DNA from: an uncultured Elusimicrobia bacterium
Lineage (GTDB): Bacteria; Elusimicrobiota; Elusimicrobia; 2-01-FULL-59-12
Reading direction: 5' to 3'
Length of the DNA: 64,000 nucleotides
NCBI GenBank assembly: GCA_963702895.1
Contig: OY969767.1
Span: 1,248,001-1,312,000 of the forward strand
The notes under the pieces were generated by a model. The model did no database searches. It worked only from the letters and a program-made list of their open reading frames with translations, and was not told the origin of the DNA. Numbering within the stretch: the first letter of the stretch is position 1; each line of letters begins with the position of its first letter. The translations under genes and the position numbers were made by a program. Of the stretch, positions 32,436 through 42,709 are shown piece after piece.

Positions 32436-33806
32436 CTAGGCGTTGATTTTTTCCATGGAAGAGGTTTCCATGGATTTGAGGAAATCTTTGTTGGATTTGG
32501 TCGCCGAAAGCTTCTCCAGCAAGAGTTCCATGGCTTCGATGGGCGTGAGGGAGGACAAGACTTTGCGAAGGATCCACACTTTATTCAATTCCTCGGGGGA
32601 AAGAAGCAACTCTTCTTTACGGGTGCCGCTGCGGGAGATGTCAATCGCTGGGAATGTGCGTTTGTCCGCAAGCTTGCGGTCGAGATAGACTTCCATGTTG
32701 CCGGTGCCCTTAAATTCTTCAAAGATGACATCGTCCATGCGGCTGCCTGTTTCAACCAGCGCCGTGGCGATGATCGTAAGACTCCCGCCTTCCTCGATGT
32801 TTCGAGCCGCACCAAAGAATCGCTTGGGGCGCTGGAGGGCGTTCGAGTCCAATCCGCCAGAGAGCACTCGGCCGCTGGAGGGGGTGATGGTGTTGTAGGC
32901 GCGTGCAAGCCGCGTGATGGAATCCAGCAGAATGACAACATCTTTGCCATGTTCGACAAAGCGTTTCGCTTTCTCAATCACCATCTCCGCGACTTGGACA
33001 TGGCGCTCTGCCGGCTCATCAAAGGTTGAAGAGACCACTTCCCCCTTGACGCTGCGCTGCATGTCCGTGACTTCTTCCGGGCGCTCATCGATTAAAAGCA
33101 CTAAAAGCACGATTTCCGGATGATTGGCTGTGATGGCGTTGGCGATTTTCTGCATGATGATGGTCTTACCGGTTCTCGGAGCAGCGTTGATGAGCGCGCG
33201 CTGACCTTTGCCGATGGGAGCCATCAAATCGATCACACGGGACGTTAAGTCGTCCTTTTTATGCTCCAGCGTAATGCGTTTTTCGGGATAAAGGGGCGTT
33301 AAATTGTCGAAAAGGGGTCGTTCGCGCAGCATTTCGAGGTCCGAGCCATTGACGGACTTGACCTGGAGGAGCGCGAAGAATCGTTCCTGTTCCTTGGGGG
33401 GACGCACATAGCCGGCAACCGTATCACCTTTGCGCAAGCCAAACTTCTTGATTTGCGAAGGCGAGATATAAATATCATCGGGACCTGGAAGATAGTTGTA
33501 ATTCGGACTGCGAAGGAAGCCAAAACCATCCGGGAGGATTTCGAGAACCCCTTCATCATAGATCATGCCGCTTTCCTTGGCTTGACCTTCCAGAATCTTG
33601 GCGATGAGTTCCTGTTTGCGAAGGCCAACCGGGGTTTCTAATTTCAGGTCCCGGCCGATCTTCTGGAGTTCGGCAATGGTCAGCTTCGAAAGCACGGTCA
33701 AGTCCATCTTGGGCTCAGTTGGAGTTTGACGGCGCGCTTCCTCCGTCGGAGCTTGTCCGTTCGCAGGAGCTGCTGGTTTAGGCGATGATGGGTTTTCCTG
33801 GTTCAA
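32436..33806 (-). CDS. rho: Transcription termination factor Rho
   Basis: [31 protein letters not shown] and EFKGTGN motifs. Confidence 0.98.
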   Translation of the reverse strand: MNQENPSSPKPAAPANGQAPTEEARRQTPTEPKMDLTVLSKLTIAELQKIGRDLKLETPVGLRKQELIAKILEGQAKESGMIYDEGVLEILPDGFGFLRSPNYNYLPGPDDIYISPSQIKKFGLRKGDTVAGYVRPPKEQERFFALLQVKSVNGSDLEMLRERPLFDNLTPLYPEKRITLEHKKDDLTSRVIDLMAPIGKGQRALINAAPRTGKTIIMQKIANAITANHPEIVLLVLLIDERPEEVTDMQRSVKGEVVSSTFDEPAERHVQVAEMVIEKAKRFVEHGKDVVILLDSITRLARAYNTITPSSGRVLSGGLDSNALQRPKRFFGAARNIEEGGSLTIIATALVETGSRMDDVIFEEFKGTGNMEVYLDRKLADKRTFPAIDISRSGTRKEELLLSPEELNKVWILRKVLSSLTPIEAMELLLEKLSATKSNKDFLKSMETSSMEKINA

Positions 33807-33862
33807 ATTCTCTTCGGGATTCGCTTCTTAGGTCTAACCGGTAAGAAGTCTAAAGTGGGGTG

Positions 33863-33890
33863 ATTATACCCCGGGCATTTCTAAAGTCAA
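33863..33890 (-). promoter_or_regulatory. Sigma70-type promoter for rho
   Basis: TTGACT-16 bp-TATAAT on the minus strand. Confidence 0.75.
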
Positions 33891-33905
33891 GCATTTTTTC
33901 ATTTT

Positions 33906-34065
33906 CCCAAAAGCTCACGTAACGCCCAAGTCTCATCGGAGCACTTTTCACCGTTTCGGTGCCCCTCCCGTCGTCACCCCGGCGAAAGCCGGGGTCCAGT
34001 CCGTCGGAGGTTCTGGATACCGGCGTTCGCCGGTATGACGGCATTGGCTTACGTGAGGATTTGGG
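33906..34065. mobile_element. 160-bp MITE with CCCAAA..CTCACGTAA termini, 7-bp target duplication and REP-type core
   Basis: TIRs 33906-33922 and 34049-34065 match 15/17. TCATTTT at 33899-33905 and 34066-34072. CGTC...GACG core at 33972-34040. Confidence 0.85.
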
Positions 34066-34656
34066 TCATTTTGTCTGAAGACTCTTCAGCAGGAGCCGCA
34101 CCTGGGCCTTCAGCATGGACGTCCCCCTGGTGTTGTCGATGCGGACATCCGCTTTCCCGCGTTTACCTGAAAGAGGCATTTGCGCTCGAAGACGGACAAG
34201 AGCCGCGGTGCGTGAGCAGTGGTCACGTTTCATTAAACGCAAGATCTGCTGCTTGCGAGTGCAATAGACGACCACCGATCGATTGACAAGACGGGTGAGG
34301 TGCGCCTCAAACAGGAGCGGGATATCGAGGGCGATCAACCCGTCGTGGCCTCGGATAAAGTGCCTGAGTCCTCGGATCACGCAAGGGTGTACGATCCGCT
34401 CCAGCACCTGACGCTTGGCGGGCTCAGAAAAGACAATCTTTCCCAATTTCTTGCGGTCGATCTGACCGGCTTGGCCAAGAATCCCGCGGCCAAAGCGCGC
34501 CAGGATCGCTCGGTAGGCGGGTTGACCTCTGCGGATACATTGGTGAGCCAGATCGTCCGAAGAAATGCCCGGGATCCCGTGTCGAGCCAGCATCCGCATC
34601 ACGGTTGTCTTGCCGGAAGCGATACCCCCCGTGATCCCCAAGACATAGGCTCTCAT
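34066..34656 (-). CDS. coaE: Dephospho-CoA kinase
   Basis: GITGGIASGKT, IVHP and IPLLFE motifs. Confidence 0.95.
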   Translation of the reverse strand: MRAYVLGITGGIASGKTTVMRMLARHGIPGISSDDLAHQCIRRGQPAYRAILARFGRGILGQAGQIDRKKLGKIVFSEPAKRQVLERIVHPCVIRGLRHFIRGHDGLIALDIPLLFEAHLTRLVNRSVVVYCTRKQQILRLMKRDHCSRTAALVRLRAQMPLSGKRGKADVRIDNTRGTSMLKAQVRLLLKSLQTK

Positions 34657-35462
34657 TTCTGGCACCTCGGACAGTAGACGCTGCTGCGTCCACCCACGCG
34701 AATGCCACGCAACTGTGCATGGCAACGCGGGCACGAAGAGCCGGCTTTCCTATAAACCAAGTGCCGTGTTTGCGCTGAACCGGGATGACCGAAAGCGTCC
34801 ATGTAATTTCGGCTGGTGGAACCGCGATGTTCAATGGCTTCTTCGAGTGTCTCCAGTAAGGAATCAAAGAGCCGTGCGCCTTCCGCTTGCGTGACACGGC
34901 AACTTGCGCGCGTGGGCCGGATTGCGGCCTTAAAGAGCGCTTCCTGTGCGTAGATGTTGCCTACCCCGGCCAGTGCCTGCTGGTCCATGAGCAAGGGCTG
35001 TATTTTTGTTTTCCTTTTCTTGAGAAGATGAGAAAAATGTCGGAAATCCAGTTCCGTCAGCGCATCAGGACCCAGAGGACGGCGGGAACGCCATCGCTCC
35101 CCTGGAGCAAGCAGCCAAGCTTCGGCGAATCGTCGTTGGTCGTAGAGCCCGAGGTGCTTGCCACTCCCAAAGCACAGAAGGAGGCGCGCCTTCTTGTCGA
35201 TCGACGGATCTTGAAGGATGAGTTGCCCCGTCATTCGTAAATGAAAAATGATCTGATAGTCATTACTGAGCCGCACAAAAAGATATTTGCCCTTCCGGTC
35301 AAACCCTAAGCAGCGCGCACCCGGGACCACCCTTTGCCATCGATCCTGCTCTTGAGGTGGAAGGAGCCGCTGATCGTAAACGAGCACAGAGGTGACCGTA
35401 TCACCCTGGAGCGACATTTCGAGGTCTCGGCGGATCGTTTCAACTTCCGGCAGTTCCGGCAT
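34653..35462 (-). CDS. mutM: Formamidopyrimidine-DNA glycosylase
   Basis: MPELPEVE, HLRMTG and GVGNIY motifs; C-terminal Zn finger. Confidence 0.97.
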   Translation of the reverse strand: MPELPEVETIRRDLEMSLQGDTVTSVLVYDQRLLPPQEQDRWQRVVPGARCLGFDRKGKYLFVRLSNDYQIIFHLRMTGQLILQDPSIDKKARLLLCFGSGKHLGLYDQRRFAEAWLLAPGERWRSRRPLGPDALTELDFRHFSHLLKKRKTKIQPLLMDQQALAGVGNIYAQEALFKAAIRPTRASCRVTQAEGARLFDSLLETLEEAIEHRGSTSRNYMDAFGHPGSAQTRHLVYRKAGSSCPRCHAQLRGIRVGGRSSVYCPRCQK

Positions 35463-36250
35463 CAGTGCTTCCTCTTCGAATAGCGGTCCATGATTTTCTT
35501 CTCTTCAGGCGTTAAGCTGCCTACACCCTCTTGGAGGACCTTGTCGAGGATCTTATCGACGCGCGAGATGAGCTCATCGGTGACCTCCTGCAGTTCAATG
35601 CGCGACTTCGGTCGACGCGCCGCCCGGAACCAGCTTTTCACACGGATGAAGAGAAAGCCAGCGTACCTCAAATAGAGAAAGCCCGTGACCATGCCGCCGA
35701 GATGCGCGAACCTTGAAATGCCCTGACCTCCGCCGGAAAACCCTGCGAAGAACTCAATCAGCGCGAAAAGCAAAGCCGCATGCCAGACTTTCATGGGGAT
35801 CATGAAATACATGTACATGACCGCATTGGGAAAGAGCATGGCAAAGGCAACAATCAGCCCGAAGACAGCGCCCGACGCGCCGATGGTGGGCGCAAGCGAG
35901 TGAGGTGTCAGCAAGAGAACACAGAAGGCTGCCCCGAGACCTGTGATCAGGAAATACTTAAGAAATTCGAGCGTGCCCCACCGCCGCTCGAGCTCGGCGC
36001 CGAACATCCATAAAATGAACATGTTGAAAAGCCAATGAAAAAGTCCGCCATGCAAAAACAGGTAGGTGACGGGCTGCCAAAGCCAAAACCGATCGAGCAC
36101 CCTGGCGGGAACAAGACCCAGGACAGGCACGATGGCCTGACCCGCGAACTGTTGAAGGGCAAGGAACGCTCCTGAAATGACCACGATCCAGAGAATGGCG
36201 CTGTTCGGCCTCAGGCGATCGATCGGGCGGTGAAGATCGTAAAAAGCCAT
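35462..36250 (-). CDS. Rhomboid family intramembrane serine protease
   Basis: FLHG..H..FNM, GASG and AHLGG motifs; C-terminal VDKILDK tail. Confidence 0.93.
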   Translation of the reverse strand: MAFYDLHRPIDRLRPNSAILWIVVISGAFLALQQFAGQAIVPVLGLVPARVLDRFWLWQPVTYLFLHGGLFHWLFNMFILWMFGAELERRWGTLEFLKYFLITGLGAAFCVLLLTPHSLAPTIGASGAVFGLIVAFAMLFPNAVMYMYFMIPMKVWHAALLFALIEFFAGFSGGGQGISRFAHLGGMVTGFLYLRYAGFLFIRVKSWFRAARRPKSRIELQEVTDELISRVDKILDKVLQEGVGSLTPEEKKIMDRYSKRKH

Positions 36251-38937
36251 CAGTTTTTCCCCGCCGCCTTCATATCGGCCCAGTTCCTGCCGACCTTGAG
36301 ATCAACGACGAGCGGTATGCTGAGTTTTAAGGCGCTTTCCATAATCGCGCGGATCACGTTCTGTGAGTTCACCATCGCCCCTTGCGGTATCTCAAAAAGA
36401 AGCTCGTCGTGTACCTGCACGAGCATGGCTCCGTCCCAGAGACCGGAGGCGCGCTCATGGCAAAGTTTGATCATCGCAAGCTTGATCGCGTCAGCGCTTG
36501 TCCCTTGGATGGGCGTATTCATGGCCGTGCGCTCCGCAAAAGCGCGGACAACCCCGTTGGGTGAGTTAATCTCCGGGAGATACCGAATGCGGCCAAGAAG
36601 TGTCCGAACAGAACCATCCTTGCGGGCTGATTCTATCGTTTTTTCAATCCATGCTTTCACGCCCGGATAGCGGGCGAAGTAGCTCTGGATGTGACGCTCC
36701 GCATCTTGTACGGGTATCCCTAACTGCTGCGACAGGCCAAAGGCGGAGATGCCGTAGACAATTCCAAAGTTAATGGATTTGGCGACCCGGCGAATTTCGG
36801 GCGTGACTTGGTCGGGTCTTGTTCCAAAGATCTCACAAGCGGTTGCGCTATGAATATCTTCACCCTCCCGAAAGGCCCGGCATAGCGCCTCATCGCCTGA
36901 GATATGGGCGAGCATTCTTAAGTCAATCTGCGAGTAATCGGCGGACAAGAGGAGATGGCCGTCTTTCGGGATAAAGCAGCGCCGGATGCGTCGACCCAGG
37001 TCGGTGCGGACAGGGATGTTCTGGAGGTTCGGATTGGAGGAGGAAAGCCTGCCCGTGGCAGCGACGGCCTGATTAAAGGAGGTATGCACACGGTCTTCCG
37101 GCCCCCCGGCTGCCGAGAGAAGACCCTCGATGTAAGTGGACTGCATCTTTTGGATCTCTCGATAATCGATGAGGCGTTTCGGAAGCGGGTGCTTGTCCGA
37201 AAGTTTGGTCAAAACCTCCTCATCGGTCGAGGTCCCGGTTTTCGTTCTCCTGATCACCGGGAGCTTGAGTCTTTCAAAGAGGATGGTTGAGAGCTGCTTG
37301 GGTGAATTCACGTTAAACGTCTCGCCAGCCAGGACATAGATCTCCTGTTCCATGCGCCTCGCCTGCTCGCCAAGCTCCCGGCCCAGAGCCTCGAGATACG
37401 GCCTGTCGATCCGGATGCCGGCGCGCTCCATATCTGCAAGGATCCTTACCAGGGGCATTTCCATATCGTCAAACAAAGATCTGAGCTGCTTCTCGTCAAG
37501 CATGGGGGCGAACTTTTCGGCGAGGCGCAAGGTCATGTCGGCGTCAGCGCAGGCATAGTCCCTCGCGTTTTCGATTGGCACAGTCTCCATCGTAATCTGC
37601 TTGGCGCCTTTGCCAATCATCTGCTCAAGGGTTGTCATGGGCTCTCCAAGAAGATCTGCAACCAGATCTTTGAGACCATGATTGTTGCGTGAAGGGTTCA
37701 GAACATAGGACGCAACCATCGTGTCGAAGGAGAGCTTGTTCACCTGGAATCCGTGCGATTCGAGCACCTGAACATCAAATTTGAGGTTATGCCCACAGAG
37801 ATGGACATTCGGATTCTGGAACAGGGCGGAGAGATGTCTCCGGACCGTCTCCATGGGTATCTGCTCCGTTGCTCCTAAGACCTGGTGCCCGACGGGGATA
37901 TAGCAGGCAGAGCGGTCCTGATAAGACAGGGAGATGCCCACCAGACGCGCTTGAAAAGGGTCGAGGCCCGAGGTCTCTGTATCAAGGGCAAGAAGGGGCG
38001 CCGTCGCGGCCTGGCTGAGCCAGCTCTTCAGCGCGCTTTCTGATGTGAGGGCGATGTAGTCGCGGTCTTTTGTGTCGATCGGTTGGCCAGATGTTGGAAG
38101 AAGTTCTTTGGCAAGGGCCAGGAATTCCAGTTTTTTAAGAAAAGGGAGCAAGGCCTCTTGTTTGGGAGATACAGAACGGCACTTCTCCCAATCAACCGTT
38201 AGAGGCACAGACTTATCGAGCTTGACCAGTTCTCGGCATTGCCGAGCCAGGTCGGCATGTTTCAGGAGGAGCATGCCGGTCTTGCCTTTGACCGTGGAAG
38301 CGTTCTCCAGAAGAGCGTCCAGAGTGCCATATTCCTGGATCAGTTTGACAGCCGTCTTCTCCCCTATGCCGGGAACACCTGGAATATTGTCACCCGAGTC
38401 TCCCATGAGCGCGAAAACGTCTGGGATTTGCTCTGGCTGAACACCATAACGCGCTTGCACTTCCATAGAACTGTAGAGGAGCGACTTTTGTTCGTTGAGG
38501 ACCTTCACCGCTTCCCCGACAAGCTGAAGAACATCCTTATCGCCCGAAACGATCACGACGTCCCATCCTTGTTTCCGACCTTCCCGCGTCAAATGGGCAA
38601 TGAGATCATCGGCCTCATAGCCGTCCCTCTCGAACCCAGCCAAGTTCAAAGCTTCGATCGCCTCGCGTGCGAGCGGAAATTGGCTCACCAGCGACGGGTC
38701 CGTCTCTTTTCTTGTGGCTTTGTAAGCTTCGAAAACTTCGTGGCGGAACGTTGGAGCGGCTGTATCAAAGCAAACAGCCAAGTAGTCCGGTTTATACTCT
38801 TTCTTGATCTTTAAAATCATTCGCATGAAGCCATAAACCGCATGGACAGGCTGGCCCTCCGAGGTCGTAAGAGGCGGCAGAGCGTGAAAGGCACGGTGGA
38901 GGTAGGCATGCGCGTCAATCAGGAACAAACTAGGCAT
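36250..38937 (-). CDS. polA: DNA polymerase I
   Basis: 5'-3' exonuclease (EADD), 3'-5' exonuclease (DTET) and polymerase motifs (ADYSQ, NFGIVYG, VHDE). Confidence 0.98.
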   Translation of the reverse strand: MPSLFLIDAHAYLHRAFHALPPLTTSEGQPVHAVYGFMRMILKIKKEYKPDYLAVCFDTAAPTFRHEVFEAYKATRKETDPSLVSQFPLAREAIEALNLAGFERDGYEADDLIAHLTREGRKQGWDVVIVSGDKDVLQLVGEAVKVLNEQKSLLYSSMEVQARYGVQPEQIPDVFALMGDSGDNIPGVPGIGEKTAVKLIQEYGTLDALLENASTVKGKTGMLLLKHADLARQCRELVKLDKSVPLTVDWEKCRSVSPKQEALLPFLKKLEFLALAKELLPTSGQPIDTKDRDYIALTSESALKSWLSQAATAPLLALDTETSGLDPFQARLVGISLSYQDRSACYIPVGHQVLGATEQIPMETVRRHLSALFQNPNVHLCGHNLKFDVQVLESHGFQVNKLSFDTMVASYVLNPSRNNHGLKDLVADLLGEPMTTLEQMIGKGAKQITMETVPIENARDYACADADMTLRLAEKFAPMLDEKQLRSLFDDMEMPLVRILADMERAGIRIDRPYLEALGRELGEQARRMEQEIYVLAGETFNVNSPKQLSTILFERLKLPVIRRTKTGTSTDEEVLTKLSDKHPLPKRLIDYREIQKMQSTYIEGLLSAAGGPEDRVHTSFNQAVAATGRLSSSNPNLQNIPVRTDLGRRIRRCFIPKDGHLLLSADYSQIDLRMLAHISGDEALCRAFREGEDIHSATACEIFGTRPDQVTPEIRRVAKSINFGIVYGISAFGLSQQLGIPVQDAERHIQSYFARYPGVKAWIEKTIESARKDGSVRTLLGRIRYLPEINSPNGVVRAFAERTAMNTPIQGTSADAIKLAMIKLCHERASGLWDGAMLVQVHDELLFEIPQGAMVNSQNVIRAIMESALKLSIPLVVDLKVGRNWADMKAAGKN

Positions 38938-38949
38938 GGGAAGTTAGAA

Positions 38950-39477
38950 CTAAAGCTTTTGGGCGACTGCTGATTTAAGGTCGTTTTCCCACATGGCCAC
39001 CATCTCTGGGGAGAAGCCCTGATAGACTTGCGTCACGCGGCCCCGGGGATCCACAAAAACGAAGTGAGGAAGTCCCTCCACCTGGTAGTCGGCCGGAACC
39101 GTGGAATTCCCTGCAAAAAGAACAGGATAAGTCATCTTATATTGCTGAACAAATGGAAACACGCTGGCAGGATCATCATCCATATTGAGCCCAAGGACGA
39201 TGAGACCTTCATCCTTATGGCGTAGATAGAACTCCTGCAACAGGGGGATAGACATCCGGCATGGTCCACACCAGGTCGCCCAGAAATCGAGCAAAACAGG
39301 GCGACCTCGATAGTCGTCGAGACTCACCCTCTGTCCTGATAAGTCCTTCAGTTCGAAGTTTGGCGCTGCTCCAAGCTCGTGTCTGCGGTCTGAGGAGCAT
39401 GCCAAGAGCATCCCCATGGACAAGGCAAAAGCAGCGACAACGCGCTTCCCTGAGCGCTTAGCCGACGAGGAGCGCAT
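38950..39477 (-). CDS. TlpA family thiol-disulfide oxidoreductase, probable lipoprotein
   Basis: LLAC lipobox and DFWATWCGPC motif. Probable start is the ATG at 39477. Confidence 0.9.
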   Translation of the reverse strand: MRSSSAKRSGKRVVAAFALSMGMLLACSSDRRHELGAAPNFELKDLSGQRVSLDDYRGRPVLLDFWATWCGPCRMSIPLLQEFYLRHKDEGLIVLGLNMDDDPASVFPFVQQYKMTYPVLFAGNSTVPADYQVEGLPHFVFVDPRGRVTQVYQGFSPEMVAMWENDLKSAVAQKL

Positions 39478-39784
39478 CCAGTCGTTTCTTGATTTCGAGT
39501 TTGGGATGAACACCGACGAGCTGATCCACGACCTTCCCCCCCTTAAAAAAAAGCAGGGTCGGAATAGCCGAGATGCGAAAACGGGTCGCCACCTGCGCGT
39601 TGTCATCGGTATTGAGCTTTCCCACTTTGATCTTCCCGTCATACTCCTTGGAGAGCTCCTCCACCAGGGGTGAGAGCATCCGGCAGGGGCCACACCAAGG
39701 AGCCCAAAAATCGACCAAAACAGGCCGGTCTGACTTGACCACTTCGCTCTCAAAACTTGCGTCCGAGAATTGCATCTCAGCCAT
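39458..39784 (-). CDS. trxA: Thioredoxin
   Basis: DFWAPWCGPC motif; AAGGAG SD before the ATG at 39784. Confidence 0.96.
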   Translation of the reverse strand: MAEMQFSDASFESEVVKSDRPVLVDFWAPWCGPCRMLSPLVEELSKEYDGKIKVGKLNTDDNAQVATRFRISAIPTLLFFKGGKVVDQLVGVHPKLEIKKRLDALLVG

Positions 39785-39935
39785 ACAACGCTCCTTTTGT
39801 AGCACGATTCGTCATGGGTGCAACCATGCTCACCCACATCATTGCTTGGAATGATACCAATTCAGTAGAGCCAGAAGAAGTGCTTCTGACTTTTGTAACA
39901 TGCTTGTAACATTCATCAGTATCCTTAATAGTGCG

Positions 39936-40280
39936 ATGGGACTGCATCAACGAAATAAGAGGGTTTTGTTCAACATCAGCATCCTCGTTCTCATGCTGGG
40001 GAGCTTGGTGTTGACGTACGCGTTGTCCAACGAATATACGGGTCATTTCTCCCCCAGCGACTACATTACGGTGACGCTGGAACGCGCCCAGGCAGAACTC
40101 GAAGAGCTCCAAGGTGCCCTGCGGAACGCGTCCCTGACGCCCCGAGAATTCCTCAACAAAGTGCACCGTATCTCCTCCCGAAACAAGCGGGTCAAGCAAA
40201 ACCGGAACACCCCTGAGGCTAACGATGAGCACGTCATCGATATCACGGGTCTGGAGCTTCCCGGTACTCAGAATAAATAA
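39936..40280 (+). CDS. Hypothetical small single-TM membrane protein
   Basis: The ORF fills the trxA/PTS-IIA gap. It has a basic N-terminus, one hydrophobic helix and a helical C-terminal part. Confidence 0.6.
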   Translation: MGLHQRNKRVLFNISILVLMLGSLVLTYALSNEYTGHFSPSDYITVTLERAQAELEELQGALRNASLTPREFLNKVHRISSRNKRVKQNRNTPEANDEHVIDITGLELPGTQNK

Positions 40281-40289
40281 TCTAAGGAT

Positions 40290-40751
40290 TTACTTTTCTG
40301 CTTGACGTATCGCCTGAAGAACACCTTGCGGGCTGTCGAGCTTGCAGAGTTTGTCCATGAACCCCTTCTTTTGAAACAGCGCGGAAACATTCGCAAGAAA
40401 CGCGAGATGCTCCTTCATATTATCCGAGGGGCCCAAGAACAAGACATAAATTTGAATAGGGGCGCCCCCACTCTGCGGGTCATGGACACCGGTTGGGCAG
40501 ATGCCGATGGCCGCCTTGAGTTGCTTGAGACCCTCGAGCCGCGCATGAGGAAGAGCGAGCCCTGGAGCGATGATGGTTGAACCCATTTCTTCCCGCGACA
40601 AGATGGCGTTGAGGGCCGACGAAGGGTCAGCAAGATCCAAGAGTGCGATGAGACTGCCCAGAGCCTGCCGTTTCGAAGGGCCTGCCGTAAAAAAGGCGAC
40701 GGTTGAATTGGAAAGATAGTCAGAGACTTTTTTCATCGATTCCTGTCTCAC
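40290..40751 (-). CDS. PTS EIIA domain protein (Fru/Ntr type)
   Basis: REEMGST...GLALPHAR (phospho-His) and EHLAFLA motifs. Confidence 0.88.
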   Translation of the reverse strand: MRQESMKKVSDYLSNSTVAFFTAGPSKRQALGSLIALLDLADPSSALNAILSREEMGSTIIAPGLALPHARLEGLKQLKAAIGICPTGVHDPQSGGAPIQIYVLFLGPSDNMKEHLAFLANVSALFQKKGFMDKLCKLDSPQGVLQAIRQAEK

Positions 40752-42709
40752 GTCTGGCCCGTGGCTTCCATCCGAAGACGAATAGGCAGAATCACGGCTT
40801 CCAAGCCATTAAACAGTAATTTTCTCTGGAGCGCAAAAGAGGTCTGGTTGTGGAGCAGCCTGGTCCAGAAGGTTTCTCCCTCAAACGCCAATTGGCCCAT
40901 GAAATACACCTTCTTGTTCCATTCCATGGCCACCTGCTGACAGAGAAGGTCTAATTCCTCGATGACATCCGTCCCGAGTCCTGCCTTGGACTCGGCGTAA
41001 AATCCCATTTGATTGGCCAGCTTCACATATTTCGCGAGGTCCTGCTCAACACTTTGCATCAAGGCATCGATCTCCGCACGCCCCTTGAAGCGACCACTAT
41101 CAATGACGCCAACAGCCAGAAAGACGAAGTTCTTGAAATGACCCGGAAAGAAACGGTGAATGGCAAGGATCGAGTGTATCCCGATGCCGTTGTACCCGCT
41201 CACCATAAGAACGGCCGTGGGTGCGTCTTTTATTTTAGACGGCGGAGTTGCGATCGAAGGGAGCGGGAGGTCTCCTAGAATTTGATTTAAATCGCGCAGT
41301 GACATCAACGTGTGCTGATAATGTCTACGGATCATCACACAAGCCACAATGAAGCCCCCTGTCACAACGAAGGTGACCCACCCACCTTCTTTAAACTTGA
41401 CGACAGCGGTCAGGGCCAGGATGGCGAAGGTCACCAGCATCCCTGTGGCATTTACGATAAAACCGTAGACCCATCCTTTTCCCTTGGTTTGCACCCAGTG
41501 CAGAACCATGCCCAGTTGTGAAAGGGCGAAGGTGAGAAACACGTTGATGCTGTACATGACGATCAGGATCCGCACGGAGGCGTGAGTGTAGAAGATCATC
41601 CCAAGGGCCAGGAGGCCCATGAGGAGCACACCGTCTTTCATCACGAGGCGTTCGCTCAAGTTGGTAAAGCGCCTGGGTAGCCAGCGATCGACGGCCATGT
41701 TGGCCAAAACCCGAGGACCCCCTAGAAAACCTGTCTGTGATGCCACAATGAGCAGGGCCCCTTCAGAGACGAGCGTGATCAGAAGCCAGGCATGTCCGCC
41801 TCGCCACTGGTTCGTAAAGCTTTCGATCAGACTCGCGTTCAGTGTTTGGCCATGGATAGGCTGAACATTGTTGAGGAGATAATTGATTAAAAGACCTCCG
41901 GCCGTAAAGGAAAGGGAAATGGCCATATAGAACATCGTCTTTTTGGCGGTGGTCACGCGGGGTTCGCGAAGAAGCTGGACGCCGTTACTGACGGCCTCGA
42001 TCCCCGTAAACGTCCCACCACCCAAAGCAAAGGCTCGGAAGAGGATCATCGCAACGGCCCACAAACCGAGCTGAGACACTCCGGACTTCGTCTCATGAAC
42101 AGCGCTGGTCACCATCTGCGGCAAAGCGCTCCCGTGGGTGAAGATGCCATAGAGAATAAAGAACGTGTGCGTGAGCACAAACACCACAAAAATGGGGGTC
42201 AGAATGAGTACCGATTCTTTGATCCCACGCAGGTTTAAAATGATGAGAACCAGGAGACAGAAAACCACAGCCGCAAATTTCCACTCAAGCCACCCATTGG
42301 GCAGAAAGCTGAACATCGCGTCCATGGCCGAGGCGATCGAGATAGCAATGGTCAAAATATAGTCGACGAGCAACGCACACCCTGAAACGAGGCCTGCGCC
42401 AGAACCAAGCAACTTGGTCGTGACGAGGTAACCTCCACCGCCCGAAGGAAAGGCCTCAATAATCTGGGAGTAGCTCGCCGAAAGCAAGAAGACGGTCGCT
42501 ATCACCATGATGGCAAGCCACAAGGTGAGGTGAGTATGGGAGCCGAGACTTAGGAAAGCTTCTTCAGGGCCGTAACAGGACGAGGAAAGTCCATCTGCGC
42601 CCAATCCGATCCAGGCAAAAACAGCAATCAGGGACAGATGATGAAAAATACGGGGGTCAAGAGGATTCTTTCTCTTGCCAAACACAATTGTTTTAAGCTT
42701 TTCTACCAC
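40748..42709 (-). CDS. APC-superfamily permease (KimA/YdaO-like)
   Basis: ADGLSSSCYGPEE, SGGGGY and TGIEAVSNG motifs; about 12 TM plus a cytoplasmic C-domain ending LLHNQT. Confidence 0.85.
   Translation of the reverse strand: MVEKLKTIVFGKRKNPLDPRIFHHLSLIAVFAWIGLGADGLSSSCYGPEEAFLSLGSHTHLTLWLAIMVIATVFLLSASYSQIIEAFPSGGGGYLVTTKLLGSGAGLVSGCALLVDYILTIAISIASAMDAMFSFLPNGWLEWKFAAVVFCLLVLIILNLRGIKESVLILTPIFVVFVLTHTFFILYGIFTHGSALPQMVTSAVHETKSGVSQLGLWAVAMILFRAFALGGGTFTGIEAVSNGVQLLREPRVTTAKKTMFYMAISLSFTAGGLLINYLLNNVQPIHGQTLNASLIESFTNQWRGGHAWLLITLVSEGALLIVASQTGFLGGPRVLANMAVDRWLPRRFTNLSERLVMKDGVLLMGLLALGMIFYTHASVRILIVMYSINVFLTFALSQLGMVLHWVQTKGKGWVYGFIVNATGMLVTFAILALTAVVKFKEGGWVTFVVTGGFIVACVMIRRHYQHTLMSLRDLNQILGDLPLPSIATPPSKIKDAPTAVLMVSGYNGIGIHSILAIHRFFPGHFKNFVFLAVGVIDSGRFKGRAEIDALMQSVEQDLAKYVKLANQMGFYAESKAGLGTDVIEELDLLCQQVAMEWNKKVYFMGQLAFEGETFWTRLLHNQTSFALQRKLLFNGLEAVILPIRLRMEATGQT

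Noticed and set aside
38950..39837. Apparent 295-aa TlpA overlapping trxA (possible fusion or frameshift)
   Set aside because: trxA is complete in its own frame and TlpA has its own lipoprotein signal from about 39477. The extension is an ORF-caller artefact.
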